DNA from: Candidatus Zixiibacteriota bacterium
GTDB taxonomy: Bacteria > RBG-13-66-14 > B26-G2 > WVWN01
Direction: 5' to 3'
DNA: 64,000 nt
Assembly: GCA_050117845.1 (NCBI GenBank)
Contig: JASFLY010000002.1
Coordinates: 96,001-160,000 of the forward strand
In this document: positions 27,431-36,903 of the stretch, piece after piece
Numbering within the stretch: the stretch's first letter is position 1
Layout: each line of letters opens with the position of its first letter
The notes under the pieces: model-generated
Databases searched by the model: none
The model's input: the letters and a program-made list of their open reading frames with translations, nothing else
What the model was told of the DNA's origin: nothing
Program-made: the position numbers and the translations under genes

Positions 27431-28435
27431 ATGCCCGGGGGGAAGCACCCCGCCTCGATAAAAGTCGGGCCGGTCGAAATACCGGGCCGGGCGGCCCTGG
27501 CGCCGCTCGCCGGCTATACCGAATACCCGTACCGGGCCGTGGTCGCGGCCTTCGGCTGCCCGTACGCCGTGACGCCGCTTATATCGGCGGAAGGTTTGGT
27601 ACGGGGAAACGTTAACACCCGGCGGCTTCTAATAAGCGGCAAAGGCGACGTCCCCGTCGTCGCGGGCCAGATATTCGGGTCGCGGCCGGCCGCGATGGCC
27701 GAGGCCGCGAAGGTCGTGGCCGACGCCGGTTTCCCGCTAGTGGACATCAACCTCGGCTGCCCGGTGCCCAAGGTACGCAAGCAACTCGCCGGCGCGGCCC
27801 TGCCCGGCGATCCGGCGGCATTGCTTCGCGTCGTCCGGGCCGTGGTGGCCGCGTCCCCCGTTCCCGTCACGGCGAAGATACGGCTGGGGCGCGACGGCGA
27901 GGCCGACGAGCCCCTCGCGACGGCGAAACTGCTGCACGAGGAAGGCGTGGCGGCCCTGACGGTGCACGGCCGGACCGTCGAGCAGAGGTTCTCGGGGCCG
28001 GTCAACGTACCTGTCTTGCACGACATAGTGGCCGCGCTGACGGTGCCGGTCTGGGTCAACGGCGGCGTCGAAACCGTCGAAGAGGCGGCCGACCTGTTGG
28101 ACGCGACCGGCGCGGCCGGCGTCATGGTGGGCCGGGCCGCCGTCCGCAAGCCGTACCTCATAGGCCACATCGAGGCGTACCTGGCGGAAGGTCGGGCCCC
28201 CGCGGAACCCGGGCCGGCCGAACTGGCCGAGGCGATACTCGACCATTTCGACCGGGCGGAAACGCTCGACGGAGAGGAACGCGTCGCCCGGCAATTCCGT
28301 AAACATCTGTTAGCGTATTTGAAACCCTATCCGGAAACGCGGGCCCTCCGGGCCCGGGCGTCGCACGTCGAGAGCCGCGATGACGTCGTCGCCGTCCTGG
28401 AAGATTTCGTCGCGGCGTCCACCGATGGAACGTAA
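27431..28435 (+). CDS. dusB: tRNA-dihydrouridine synthase (DusB family)
   Basis: LAPLAGYT, QIFGS, DINLGCPVPKV, VTAKIRLG, VHGRT, NGGV, MVGRA and RKHLLAY motifs. Confidence 0.9.
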   Translation: MPGGKHPASIKVGPVEIPGRAALAPLAGYTEYPYRAVVAAFGCPYAVTPLISAEGLVRGNVNTRRLLISGKGDVPVVAGQIFGSRPAAMAEAAKVVADAGFPLVDINLGCPVPKVRKQLAGAALPGDPAALLRVVRAVVAASPVPVTAKIRLGRDGEADEPLATAKLLHEEGVAALTVHGRTVEQRFSGPVNVPVLHDIVAALTVPVWVNGGVETVEEAADLLDATGAAGVMVGRAAVRKPYLIGHIEAYLAEGRAPAEPGPAELAEAILDHFDRAETLDGEERVARQFRKHLLAYLKPYPETRALRARASHVESRDDVVAVLEDFVAASTDGT

Positions 28436-29186
28436 AAAAATAGAAGAACTGTTGCGCGCCGTCGCGGCCGGGGAGATGGACGTAGACGAGGCGCTTACGC
28501 GGCTGCGCCACCTCCCGTTCGAGGACCTCGGCTTCGCCCGCATAGATACCCACCGTGCCCTCCGAACCGGCTTCCCGGAGGTCATCTTCGCCGCCGGAAA
28601 AACGCCGTCCCAGGTGGCGGCCATCGCGAGCCGCATCGCCGAGACCGGCGCCCCGGTCCTCGCCACCCGCGCCGGGCCGGAGGTTTTCGAGGCCGTACAG
28701 CGGGAATGCCCCGCCGCCCACTACCACCCCGAGGCGCGGGCGATAGTGGTGCCGGCCGCGGAGGCCGAACCGCCGCGGGGCCTCGTCCTCGTTCTCTCCG
28801 CCGGCACGGCGGACATGCCCGTGGCCGAGGAGGCCGCGGTCACCGCCGAGGCGATAGGGTGCAAGGTCGAACGGGTGTACGACGTCGGCGTCGCCGGCCT
28901 GCACCGCCTCCTCGACAACCTGGAAGCCATCCATAAGGCCGACGCGATCGTCGTCGTCGCGGGAATGGAGGGGGCGCTCGCGAGCGTCGTCGCCGGCCTG
29001 GGCGGCGGCCCCGTCGTCGCGGTCCCGACGAGCGTCGGCTACGGCGCGAGTTTTAAGGGTGTCGCGCCGCTCCTAACGATGTTAAACTCCTGTGCCGGAG
29101 GAGTGGTCGTGGTCAACATCGACAACGGCTTCGGCGCGGGGTACGCGGCGGCCTTAATCGCCCGAAAGATAAACCCGGGTAAATGA
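28425..29186 (+). CDS. larB: Nickel-pincer cofactor biosynthesis protein LarB
   Basis: FARIDTHRALRTGFPEVIF, AGTADMPVAEEA, DVGVAGLHRL, AGMEGAL, PTSVGYG, MLNSC and NIDNGFGA motifs. Start at ATG 28425. Confidence 0.95.
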   Translation: MERKKIEELLRAVAAGEMDVDEALTRLRHLPFEDLGFARIDTHRALRTGFPEVIFAAGKTPSQVAAIASRIAETGAPVLATRAGPEVFEAVQRECPAAHYHPEARAIVVPAAEAEPPRGLVLVLSAGTADMPVAEEAAVTAEAIGCKVERVYDVGVAGLHRLLDNLEAIHKADAIVVVAGMEGALASVVAGLGGGPVVAVPTSVGYGASFKGVAPLLTMLNSCAGGVVVVNIDNGFGAGYAAALIARKINPGK

Positions 29187-30451
29187 AAACTCTTTTCATA
29201 GACGGCAACGCGGGCGCGAGCGGCGACATGCTCCTCGGCGCCCTGCTCGACCTTACCGGCGGCCGGAAGTGGCTCGAGGAGAGCCTGGGGCGCTTGAAAC
29301 TCCCCGGCGTGCGGCTGGTCTACCCGCCGCGGCGCCGCGGCGGCGTCGAGGCCATCGGCCTGGAGGTCGTCGTCTCGCAGACGGCCCCCCATTTCGACGA
29401 CGTCGGCGACGTCGAGGTCCTCCTGGCGGGCGCGGAACTCCCGAGCAACGTGAAGGAGAAGGCCGCGGAGGCCTTCCGCCACCTGGCGGAAGCGGAACAG
29501 CGGGCCCATCGCGTCGCCTTCGGCCACGCCGGCTTCCACGAGGTGGGCGCCGCGGACGCCATCGTCGACATCGTCGGCACCTGCATCCTGCTTGACCTGG
29601 CGAACGCCGACCGCGTCGTCGTGTCGCCGTTGCGCCTGGGTTCCGGCTACGTGGACGCGGCCCACGGCCGCCTGCCGGTCCCGGCTCCGGCCACGGCCGA
29701 ACTCCTGCGGGGAGTCCCCACGTTCAGCGGCGACGTTCCCGGCGAGTTCACGACCCCCACCGGCGCCGCCCTCATCGTCACGCTCGCGGACGAATACGGT
29801 CCCATGCCCACGATGACCGTCACCGGCGTCGGCTACGGCCCGGGCGTCGCCAACCCGCCCCACTTCCCGAACGTCCTACGAGCCGTGCTCGGCGAAAGCC
29901 CGCGGCGGGAAGTGCCGCGCTCGGAGAGCCACGTCACCGTAATAGAGGCCAACGTGGACGACATGACGCCGGAGGAACTCTCCTACGCCGTGCAAGCCCT
30001 GCTCGACGCCGGGGCCCTCGACGTGGTCGTTTTATCGGCGCTTATGAAAAAGGGGCGGCCCGGCCACATCCTGAAAATCATCGCGCGGCCGGAGGCGGGT
30101 GACCGCCTGGGCGACCTCGTCCTGCGTTACACGACGACGCTGGGCGTCCGCTTCTACGAGGCTCGGCGGAAGGCGCTGGAGCGCCGCATCGTAACGGCCG
30201 TCTGCCAATACGGCACCGGCAAGGTGAAGCTTTCTTACGGCGCGAACGGCACGCCCCACGCCCACGCCGAATACGACACCGCGGCCGAACTCGCCGCCCG
30301 GGCCGGCGTCCCCGTTCGGGAGGTATCCCGGGCGCTGGAGGACGCGGCCCTTGCCCCGCTGAAAGCAGAGGGCGAGGAAACGGGGAAAAGCGCCGGAGCT
30401 GAAACGAAAGATAGACAGACGGAGGAACCGCCGCGCGGGGATTACGACTAA
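29183..30451 (+). CDS. larC: Nickel insertase LarC
   Basis: GASGDMLLGALLD, FHEVGAADAIVDI, AHGRLPVPAPAT, TPTGAA, EANVDD, MKKGRPG and TTTLGVR motifs. LarC1 and LarC2 are fused in one frame. Confidence 0.93.
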   Translation: MKTLFIDGNAGASGDMLLGALLDLTGGRKWLEESLGRLKLPGVRLVYPPRRRGGVEAIGLEVVVSQTAPHFDDVGDVEVLLAGAELPSNVKEKAAEAFRHLAEAEQRAHRVAFGHAGFHEVGAADAIVDIVGTCILLDLANADRVVVSPLRLGSGYVDAAHGRLPVPAPATAELLRGVPTFSGDVPGEFTTPTGAALIVTLADEYGPMPTMTVTGVGYGPGVANPPHFPNVLRAVLGESPRREVPRSESHVTVIEANVDDMTPEELSYAVQALLDAGALDVVVLSALMKKGRPGHILKIIARPEAGDRLGDLVLRYTTTLGVRFYEARRKALERRIVTAVCQYGTGKVKLSYGANGTPHAHAEYDTAAELAARAGVPVREVSRALEDAALAPLKAEGEETGKSAGAETKDRQTEEPPRGDYD

Positions 30452-30481
30452 CCCCGCGGCTACGCGGCCGGACGGCCAGCG

Positions 30482-31279
30482 ATGGACCTCGGGATCATTA
30501 AGAGAGTGATTATCCTCTCGGCCGCGGCGGCAGTCGCGGCCGCGCCCGCATTAGGAGGCGACTTGAAGATAACCGTCGTCTACGACAACAACGAGTGCGA
30601 CGAGCGCCTCGAAACGGCCTGGGGTTTCGCCTGCGTCGTGGAGGGCTTCGAGAAACGCATCCTCTTCGATACGGGGGGCGACGGCGACGTCCTGCTGGCG
30701 AACATGAGGGCCCTCGGCTACGACGCCGGGGACTTGGACGCGATATTCCTATCCCACGATCACTACGACCACGTCGGCGGCCTGGCGCGCGTGCTGGAAG
30801 CGAACGCCGACCTGACCGTCTTTATGCCGGCCTCTTTCCCGGCGGATTTTAAGGAAGACGTTAAGGGGACGGGCGCGGCCGTGGTCGAGGTCACGGCCGG
30901 CCGCAGTATCTGCCCCGGCGTATACTCCACCGGCGAGATGGGGACGTCCATCGTCGAGCAGGCGCTGGTCGCCCGGACGCCGCGGGGTCTGGTGGTGATA
31001 ACGGGGTGCGCTCACCCCGGCATCGTGGACGTCGTCGCGCGCGTCCGGGAAGCTTCCGGCGATGACGTGCACCTGGTGATGGGCGGGTTCCACTTGCGCG
31101 ACGCGGCCGACGCGGCGCTGCGAAGCGTCGCGGCCTCGTTCCGTGAGATGGGGGTCCGTCACATCGGGCCGTGCCACTGCTCGGGCGACCGGGCCCGGGA
31201 AGTCTTCGCCCGGGAATTCGGCGCGCGCTACGTCGAGGTCGGCGCCGGAACGATGCTCGTGCCGGCCGATCTGGAATGA
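30482..31279 (+). CDS. MBL-fold metallo-hydrolase (COG1237-like) with signal-like N-terminus
   Basis: ITVVYDN, LFDTG, LSHDHYDHVGG, ITGCAHPG, GGFHL and PCHCSG motifs. Confidence 0.85.
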   Translation: MDLGIIKRVIILSAAAAVAAAPALGGDLKITVVYDNNECDERLETAWGFACVVEGFEKRILFDTGGDGDVLLANMRALGYDAGDLDAIFLSHDHYDHVGGLARVLEANADLTVFMPASFPADFKEDVKGTGAAVVEVTAGRSICPGVYSTGEMGTSIVEQALVARTPRGLVVITGCAHPGIVDVVARVREASGDDVHLVMGGFHLRDAADAALRSVAASFREMGVRHIGPCHCSGDRAREVFAREFGARYVEVGAGTMLVPADLE

Positions 31280-31306
31280 TACCGACCGCTATCGGCGGAC
31301 AAACAT

Positions 31307-31336
31307 AAAGCCGGGCTTTCGCCCGGCCTTAATTTT
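31307..31336. terminator. Hairpin terminator between convergent genes
   Basis: GCCGGGC-TTTC-GCCCGGC with A- and T-rich flanks. Confidence 0.55.
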
Positions 31337-31369
31337 ACTCTTTCCCGCGCGGCCGACCAGGGCCGGAGG

Positions 31370-32020
31370 CTACGTCCCCAGCGATTCCCGCAGGTTCGGG
31401 AAAACCTGGGCCTTTTCGTTTGCGACCCGGCCTTCCAGCCGCAACTCCTCGTCGTCGGCCGTCCCGGCCTTCCCGTCCGCGCCGACGGCGACGAGAACGT
31501 GTTCCCCCTCGCGGGCCCGGTACGACAGCGGCCTCCCGGCCACGTCCACCGCCACGCCGTCGACGAGGTACGCATCCCCCAGGTAGGGGCCGAACCACTC
31601 CGCGCCGTCCTCGGGTTCCTCCACCAGGGCCCGTAGGCCCTCCTCCTGCGTCGGGTAGCGGCCCATGTCATCCTTGAAGTCGTCCGCGGCGTCCGCCACT
31701 TCGGCCAGCCGCGCCCGCGTCAGCTCCTCCTGATAGTACGTCGCCGCCCACTCCGCCGCCGGCCGCAAGAGGACCATGGCGCCCCACGACCCGCCGATGA
31801 CCACGGCCAGGATTACGAGCAGCGCCGGCCGCCAGCGGCCGGTCTTGCGGAGGACTTGCCGGACCTCGGCCTCCGGCCCCGGAACGTGCTCCGGGCAATA
31901 GAACTTGCCGTCCGAGGGCCGGGCGCATTCCGCGCACAGCGGTTCGGCACACTGGACGCACCGGGCGACGGCCGGGCGGTCCGGATGCCGGCTACACTTC
32001 AATATTTCCCTGTCACTCAT
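31370..32020 (-). CDS. B-box zinc finger + TM + GspG-like pseudopilin domain
   Basis: CSRHP...CVQC...LCAEC...YCPEH; one TM segment; FKDDMGRYPTQEEGLRALV...WFGPYL...GADGKAGTADD. Confidence 0.8.
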   Translation of the reverse strand: MSDREILKCSRHPDRPAVARCVQCAEPLCAECARPSDGKFYCPEHVPGPEAEVRQVLRKTGRWRPALLVILAVVIGGSWGAMVLLRPAAEWAATYYQEELTRARLAEVADAADDFKDDMGRYPTQEEGLRALVEEPEDGAEWFGPYLGDAYLVDGVAVDVAGRPLSYRAREGEHVLVAVGADGKAGTADDEELRLEGRVANEKAQVFPNLRESLGT

Positions 32021-32027
32021 AAACGGC

Positions 32028-33179
32028 CTACCAGAAGTAGTTCAGGCCCACCTTGAAGTCCACAATATCCGCAGAGTAGCCGTCGGCGTCGAGGGCGCCG
32101 CGCCGGCCGTACCCCAGGCCGACGTCGAACCGGCCGTGCCGCGACCACACCGGCCACCCGCCGCCGATGCCGTAGAACAGCGCGTCCACCGAGCCGGGAC
32201 GGCCGGAACTCACGTACCACGGCCGGTAGCTGACGCCCGTCCGGGCCACGGCGCCCGAGTCCAGCACGTACTCCGCGCCGGCGTACGCCCAGCCGACGTC
32301 ACGAACGTAGGGCGTCGGGTCGTATCCGTTCGAGAACTCCATGTCTTCGTAGAACGTGTACAGGTAGTCCAGGTGGACGTTGATGCTAAGCGCCTGCAGC
32401 GAGAGCGCGCCGCCCACCGTGGGCGCGAACTGCACTTCGTAATCGGACCCGTCACGGAAGCGAACGTCGCCGCCTTTCTTCCCCACGGCCGCGACCGCGA
32501 GCCGCCAGCCGGGGCCGAGGTCAAAATCCCGCCAGAGCGACGCCCGCAAGTCGTAGCCGGTTCCGCGGACGTCCACGTCGTCGTAGCGGCTGTTGGACAG
32601 GGTAACCGTCTCCCGGGCCCAGAGGAAATCCGCCGCGACGCCCAACGAAACGCCCGGCAGCCGGAAGGCCGCCGCCGGCCCCAGGGCCCGCATCGAGCCG
32701 CGGCTCTTCACCTCGCCGCCGGTCCCGTCGCCTCCTATCTCGTAGGTGTAATCGGAGGGCGTCCACAGCGCGCCGCCCAGCGCCACCCGGCCGGGGACCG
32801 CCGACCACGCCCCGGCCGCGTACGCCCCGGCGAAGGACCCGAAGAAAGACTGCGCGTTAGTCCCGGCCTGCGACGGCTGAACCGAGTAACCCCAGTTGCG
32901 ATATCCTACGCCGCCGCTCGCCGCCGACCCGGTAAGGGACGCCAGCGCCGCCGGGTTGGATATCGCGGCGCCGGCCCCGTAGGTCGAGGCCCGGCCGGCC
33001 CCCGCCATGCCCACGGCCCGGGCGTCCACCTCGTGCGATACCTCGCCCAGGTGCATGAGTTCGTGGCGGTAGCTCGGGGGCCAGTCCCGGTAGTATAGAT
33101 CCGCGCATCCGCCGGCGACGAGGCAGGCCGCCGCGACGAGCGTCGCCGTGGTCGTCCACTTTAAACAATCCCGACTCAT
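32028..33179 (-). CDS. Outer-membrane beta-barrel, FadL/PorV-like, with a lipoprotein-type signal
   Basis: LVAGGC; DARAVGMAGAGRA...NPAALA; alternating beta strands; C-terminal VGLNYFW. ATG 33179 overlaps the XPB stop. Confidence 0.75.
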   Translation of the reverse strand: MSRDCLKWTTTATLVAAACLVAGGCADLYYRDWPPSYRHELMHLGEVSHEVDARAVGMAGAGRASTYGAGAAISNPAALASLTGSAASGGVGYRNWGYSVQPSQAGTNAQSFFGSFAGAYAAGAWSAVPGRVALGGALWTPSDYTYEIGGDGTGGEVKSRGSMRALGPAAAFRLPGVSLGVAADFLWARETVTLSNSRYDDVDVRGTGYDLRASLWRDFDLGPGWRLAVAAVGKKGGDVRFRDGSDYEVQFAPTVGGALSLQALSINVHLDYLYTFYEDMEFSNGYDPTPYVRDVGWAYAGAEYVLDSGAVARTGVSYRPWYVSSGRPGSVDALFYGIGGGWPVWSRHGRFDVGLGYGRRGALDADGYSADIVDFKVGLNYFW

Positions 33180-34897
33180 GAATCCCCCCCGGAAGACGGG
33201 ACCGAGTTCCTCGCGAAGAAGGCGTCCGCCTCCGCTATCTCGTATTGGTATCCCTGCTCCGTCAAAAACAGCTCGCGCTTCAGCGCGTAGTCCTGCTCGA
33301 TGGTGTCGCGCGAGACCAGCGTGTAGAAGTAGGCCACATTCTCGCCCGACTTGGGGCGGAGGATGCGGCCCAGCCGTTGGGCCTCCTCCTGCCGGGAGCC
33401 GAAGGTCCCCGAGACCTGAATGGCGACGTTGGCGTCCGGCAAGTCGAGCGCGAAATTGGCCACCTTCGACACGACCAGCACCGGGACGGTCCCCTGTCGG
33501 AACTTCTCGTACAGGACGTCGCGCTCGCCCTGGGGCGTCTTGCCGGTGATGAGCGGCGCCTTTACGGCCTCGGCGATTATCTCGAGCTGGTTCAGGTAGT
33601 GGCCTATGACCAGGATGCTGTGGCCGCGGTGGACCTCCAGCAGGCGCTCGACCGCCGGGATCTTGCCGGGGTTCTCGGCGGCGACGCGGAAGCGCCGGTG
33701 GTTCGACGCCACGGCGTAGCGCAGCCGGTCCTCGGTAACCATGGGAACGCGCAGCTCCCGGCATATCGCCCGGGCGATCCAATTCTTGCGCTCCAGTTCC
33801 TTCCACGGCGTGTCGTAGCGCTTCGGCCCGATGAGCGAGAAGACCTCGTCCTCCTTGCCGTCCTCGCGCACCAGCGTGGCCGTGAGGCCCAGGCGACGCC
33901 GCGTCTGGATCTCGGCCGTGATGCGGAAGACGGGGGCCGGCAGCAGGTGCACCTCGTCGTATACTATAAGGCCCCAGTCGCGCTCGTTGAAAAGCTTGAA
34001 GTGGGGGAAGGGGCCCTTCTTGGTGGGCCGCCAGACGAGGACCTGGTACGTCGCTATCGTAACGGGCCGCGGTTCCTTGACCAGGCCGGTGTACTCGCCG
34101 ATGTCCTCGCTCGTCAGCGTCGTCTTGTCCAGGAGTTCGTCCTTCCACTGATGCACGGCCGTGATGTTGGTCACGAGGATGAGCGTCTGCGCTCCGACCT
34201 CCGCCATCGCGGCCATCCCGACTATGGTCTTGCCGGCGCCGCAGGGCAGCACCACCACGCCCGAACCGCCGGCGGCCGACCCGGCCCGGTAGAACGAATC
34301 CGCGGCGGCCCGCTGGTAATCGCGGATGGCGAACTCGTCGCCGGTGGAGAGCCGGGTCTCCCGCAGGGCTATATCGAACGGCGCCCCGGCGATGTAACCC
34401 GCCAGGTCCTCCACCGGGATGCCGTAGCGGATGAGGGCGCTCTTGACGTGGCCCCGGGCGTAATCCTTGAGCCGCACCTTCCGCTCGTCGAAGACGCCCC
34501 CCTCGAAGAAAGACGCCACCTTCCGGTTGTTCATTACCTGGGCCAGGAGGATGTCGTCGCCGACGTCGAGGTAGTAGCCGGCGTCGTCGCGCAGGAGCTT
34601 GACGCGGCCGTAGCGGCCTATCTGGTCGCGGATGAGGTGTTCGATGATGGCCGGGACGTCGTAGCGGCTGTACTGCCGAAGGACGCCTATTATCGCGTCC
34701 TCCTTCAGGCCGGCGGCGGCGGCGTTCCACAAGGATATCGGCGTTATCCTATACGTGTGGACGTGTTCCGGGCTTTTGACGAGTTCGGCGAAAGGCAGGA
34801 GGCGGTCGCGGACCTCTTCGTGCCGGGGATGGTCGACCTCCAGGAAGAGGGTCCGGTCCGATTGCACTATCAGCGGTTTGCGGTCCGTCGAGGCCAT
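33176..34897 (-). CDS. XPB/Rad25-family DNA helicase
   Basis: PLIVQSDRTLFLE, AELVKSPEHVHTYRITPISLWNA, LPCGAGKT, DEVH, GLTATLVRED and SRQEEAQRLGRILR motifs. Confidence 0.95.
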   Translation of the reverse strand: MASTDRKPLIVQSDRTLFLEVDHPRHEEVRDRLLPFAELVKSPEHVHTYRITPISLWNAAAAGLKEDAIIGVLRQYSRYDVPAIIEHLIRDQIGRYGRVKLLRDDAGYYLDVGDDILLAQVMNNRKVASFFEGGVFDERKVRLKDYARGHVKSALIRYGIPVEDLAGYIAGAPFDIALRETRLSTGDEFAIRDYQRAAADSFYRAGSAAGGSGVVVLPCGAGKTIVGMAAMAEVGAQTLILVTNITAVHQWKDELLDKTTLTSEDIGEYTGLVKEPRPVTIATYQVLVWRPTKKGPFPHFKLFNERDWGLIVYDEVHLLPAPVFRITAEIQTRRRLGLTATLVREDGKEDEVFSLIGPKRYDTPWKELERKNWIARAICRELRVPMVTEDRLRYAVASNHRRFRVAAENPGKIPAVERLLEVHRGHSILVIGHYLNQLEIIAEAVKAPLITGKTPQGERDVLYEKFRQGTVPVLVVSKVANFALDLPDANVAIQVSGTFGSRQEEAQRLGRILRPKSGENVAYFYTLVSRDTIEQDYALKRELFLTEQGYQYEIAEADAFFARNSVPSSGGDS

Positions 34898-34981
34898 ATT
34901 ATTCCTACATTTTACCATATTTCGCAAATATAACAAACCCGTATAACGCGGGGCCGCGGCTTCCATCAAACATCATTCATC

Positions 34982-35410
34982 ATTGTAGCGGCGGGCTTTA
35001 CGCCCGCCGCCGTGTGAATGGGTGACAGGAATGCCGGCCGCACCCCTAGTATCGAGGCCGGCCGCTTCAGCGGCCGGAGCCTCACCCGCGAAGCGTCTAA
35101 CCGCCGGTTTCAACCGGCGGGTGACGTGTAGAAATGTGCCGTCAGGTGTTACCACCTGACGGCGCCCCGGCGGCCGACAGGAATGTCGGCCCCACCACAA
35201 TTTGCGGAGGGCGACCCCGCAGCGGGCGAGGAGGCGCCCGGAGCCCGCGGCGGCCGACGCAAAGCGGCGGCCGGAGCGGTAATTATTTCACCGACAGGAA
35301 TGTCGGTGGCACTCCTACGTATCGAAAGCGGCGGCCAGAGCGGCAACTAAATCACCGAAAGGAACGCCGGCGGCACGGGTTCACCGGCAGGAATGTCGGT
35401 GGCACGCCTT
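34982..35410. repeat. Composite REP/BIME-like palindromic element, copy A
   Basis: GTAG-CGGCGGGC-TTTAC-GCCCGCCG, GTCAGGTGTTACCACCTGAC and five (G/A)CCGACAGGAATGTCGG-type hairpins. Homologous in inverted orientation to 41092-41290 and 43500-43820. Confidence 0.85.
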
Positions 35411-35430
35411 CGAATTGGAACCGGCTGCGC

Positions 35431-35459
35431 TTGACAAACGTCGCGCTTATATATATTAT
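35431..35459 (+). promoter_or_regulatory. Putative sigma70 promoter
   Basis: TTGACA-17 bp-TATTAT. Confidence 0.6.
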
Positions 35460-35519
35460 TTACAGATAAGTATACGGGCCGGCCCCCGCCGGCCGCAACG
35501 AAACCGTAGGAGAAACGAC

Positions 35520-35918
35520 ATGAGAATAGCAATGCCCACCGACGACCGTAAAACCCTCGCCGGCCACTTCGGCCGGGCGGCGGAATTCGCCATATACGAG
35601 GCCGACAAAGGCGAAGCTCGACTTGTCGAGTATCGCCCCAACCACCACGTCCACGCCGGCCACGGCGAGGGCCAGGGCGCCGGCGCGGGTCAGGGCGCCG
35701 GAGGCCGCGGCTCCGGCTTCGAGGAGGGGCTGGCGGGCGTCGAGGTCCTTATATGTCGCGGGATGGGCCGCCGGGCCCAGGAAGTCTGCGCCTCGATGGG
35801 GATCCGCGTTATGTACGCCCAGGACGACGGCCTGGACGACGTCGCCTCCCGCTTCGCCCGGGGCGAGTTGGCCGGGGGCGAGCCGTCCTGTGACTGCGGC
35901 TCCGGCCACCAACATTAA
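35520..35918 (+). CDS. NifB/NifX (Nitro_FeMo-Co) family protein
   Basis: MRIAMPT...GHFGRAAEFAIY...GVEVLICRGMGRRA; His-rich linker; C-terminal CDC...HQH; AGGAG SD. Confidence 0.88.
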   Translation: MRIAMPTDDRKTLAGHFGRAAEFAIYEADKGEARLVEYRPNHHVHAGHGEGQGAGAGQGAGGRGSGFEEGLAGVEVLICRGMGRRAQEVCASMGIRVMYAQDDGLDDVASRFARGELAGGEPSCDCGSGHQH

Positions 35919-35948
35919 GGCCGGCGTACCCTTCCCCGAAAAACGCGC

Positions 35949-35980
35949 AAAAAAATAACCCGGCTCCGGGCCGGGTTATT
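35949..35980. terminator. Bidirectional intrinsic terminator
   Basis: AATAACCCGGC-TCCGG-GCCGGGTTATT preceded by an A-run, between convergent genes. Confidence 0.75.
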
Positions 35981-35998
35981 GCGTCGTACGCGTCGTCG

Positions 35999-36877
35999 TT
36001 ATTTCCGCTTGGTGAAGTAGTAAATAGCGGCCGCGACGGCCGGTATTATTAATATCAGGCCGCCGACCACTATGAAGATTATCATGTAGACGGCCGCGAA
36101 CTCCGGGTCGTCCGAAAGCTCGCCCACGCCGCCCAAAAGGCCGCAGCACACGCAGGTTAGGCCCACGAGCAGGCCGCCGATGGCGATGCCGATGAGGGTC
36201 TTGAGCACCTTCGTTGAACCGCGGAACACCTTCCGGCCGTCGCCCCCGACCGCCGCCATACGCTCCATCTGTTTATGGGCCTCGACCGCGACGTCCGATT
36301 CGGGCGCGAGTTCCACGGCCCGCGCCAGGAAATTCTCCGCCCGGCCCATGTCGCCGTCGTTCACGAAGGTGAGGCCCAACCGGTAGAGGAGTTCCTGGTT
36401 AGACGGCTCCAGCTTGAACGCGGCGCGGTACATCTTGGCCGCCTGGCCCCAGTTGCACCGGTAGAAATAATAATCGCCCAAAAGCATCCAGCCGTAGACC
36501 AGCATGCTCGAGGCCTGATACTTGGGCTCGCCGTCCTCGATTAACGCCGCCGCCTGGAATTGTCGCGCGATGTTGCGCAGGCGTTCGACCGCCGCGTTGA
36601 GGTCCTGGTACACCGGCGTGGCGGCCTCGTCGAGCCACTGGCGATACTCGTTCTTGGTCCCGACGTCGAGCGGCGGTTTCTCCCGTTCGCCCGCCGGCGG
36701 GGCGCCGAAGAATCCCCCGTAATTGAAAGTCGTCGTAACCGGCACCGGGTCCCGGTATATCCGACGGGCGAGGCTGAACATCACGTCGGCCTTGACGTGA
36801 AGTTTCGCCTCCGCCTCGACCAGAAACGACTTCGCGATTTTAAGCTCGGTTTGAATGGATACGTTTTCCTGTGCCAT
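35999..36877 (-). CDS. TPR protein with two C-terminal TM helices
   Basis: LLGDYYF...AAKMYRAAFKLEP, LYRLGLTF...AVELAP, then two hydrophobic segments; GAGGTG SD. Confidence 0.75.
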   Translation of the reverse strand: MAQENVSIQTELKIAKSFLVEAEAKLHVKADVMFSLARRIYRDPVPVTTTFNYGGFFGAPPAGEREKPPLDVGTKNEYRQWLDEAATPVYQDLNAAVERLRNIARQFQAAALIEDGEPKYQASSMLVYGWMLLGDYYFYRCNWGQAAKMYRAAFKLEPSNQELLYRLGLTFVNDGDMGRAENFLARAVELAPESDVAVEAHKQMERMAAVGGDGRKVFRGSTKVLKTLIGIAIGGLLVGLTCVCCGLLGGVGELSDDPEFAAVYMIIFIVVGGLILIIPAVAAAIYYFTKRK

Positions 36878-36903
36878 AAAGCCACCTCGGCGTGGACGGG
36901 GTC

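Noticed and set aside
29183..30451. Programmed frameshift in larC as in L. plantarum
   Set aside because: The LarC1 and LarC2 motifs are in one continuous frame.
33180..34730. N-terminal 517 aa of the 900-aa ORF 32028-34730
   Set aside because: It overlaps the XPB gene in another frame and is low-complexity Arg/Pro-rich; the real barrel gene starts at 33179.
34973..35532. Short ORFs within the REP clusters (also 41026-41282 and 43477-43822)
   Set aside because: They are translations of palindromic repeats (recurring DRNVGPT) with no SD or coding signal.
35520..35918. Nitrogen fixation locus
   Set aside because: Only a lone NifX-like domain is present, which is common in non-diazotrophs, and there are no nifHDK genes.
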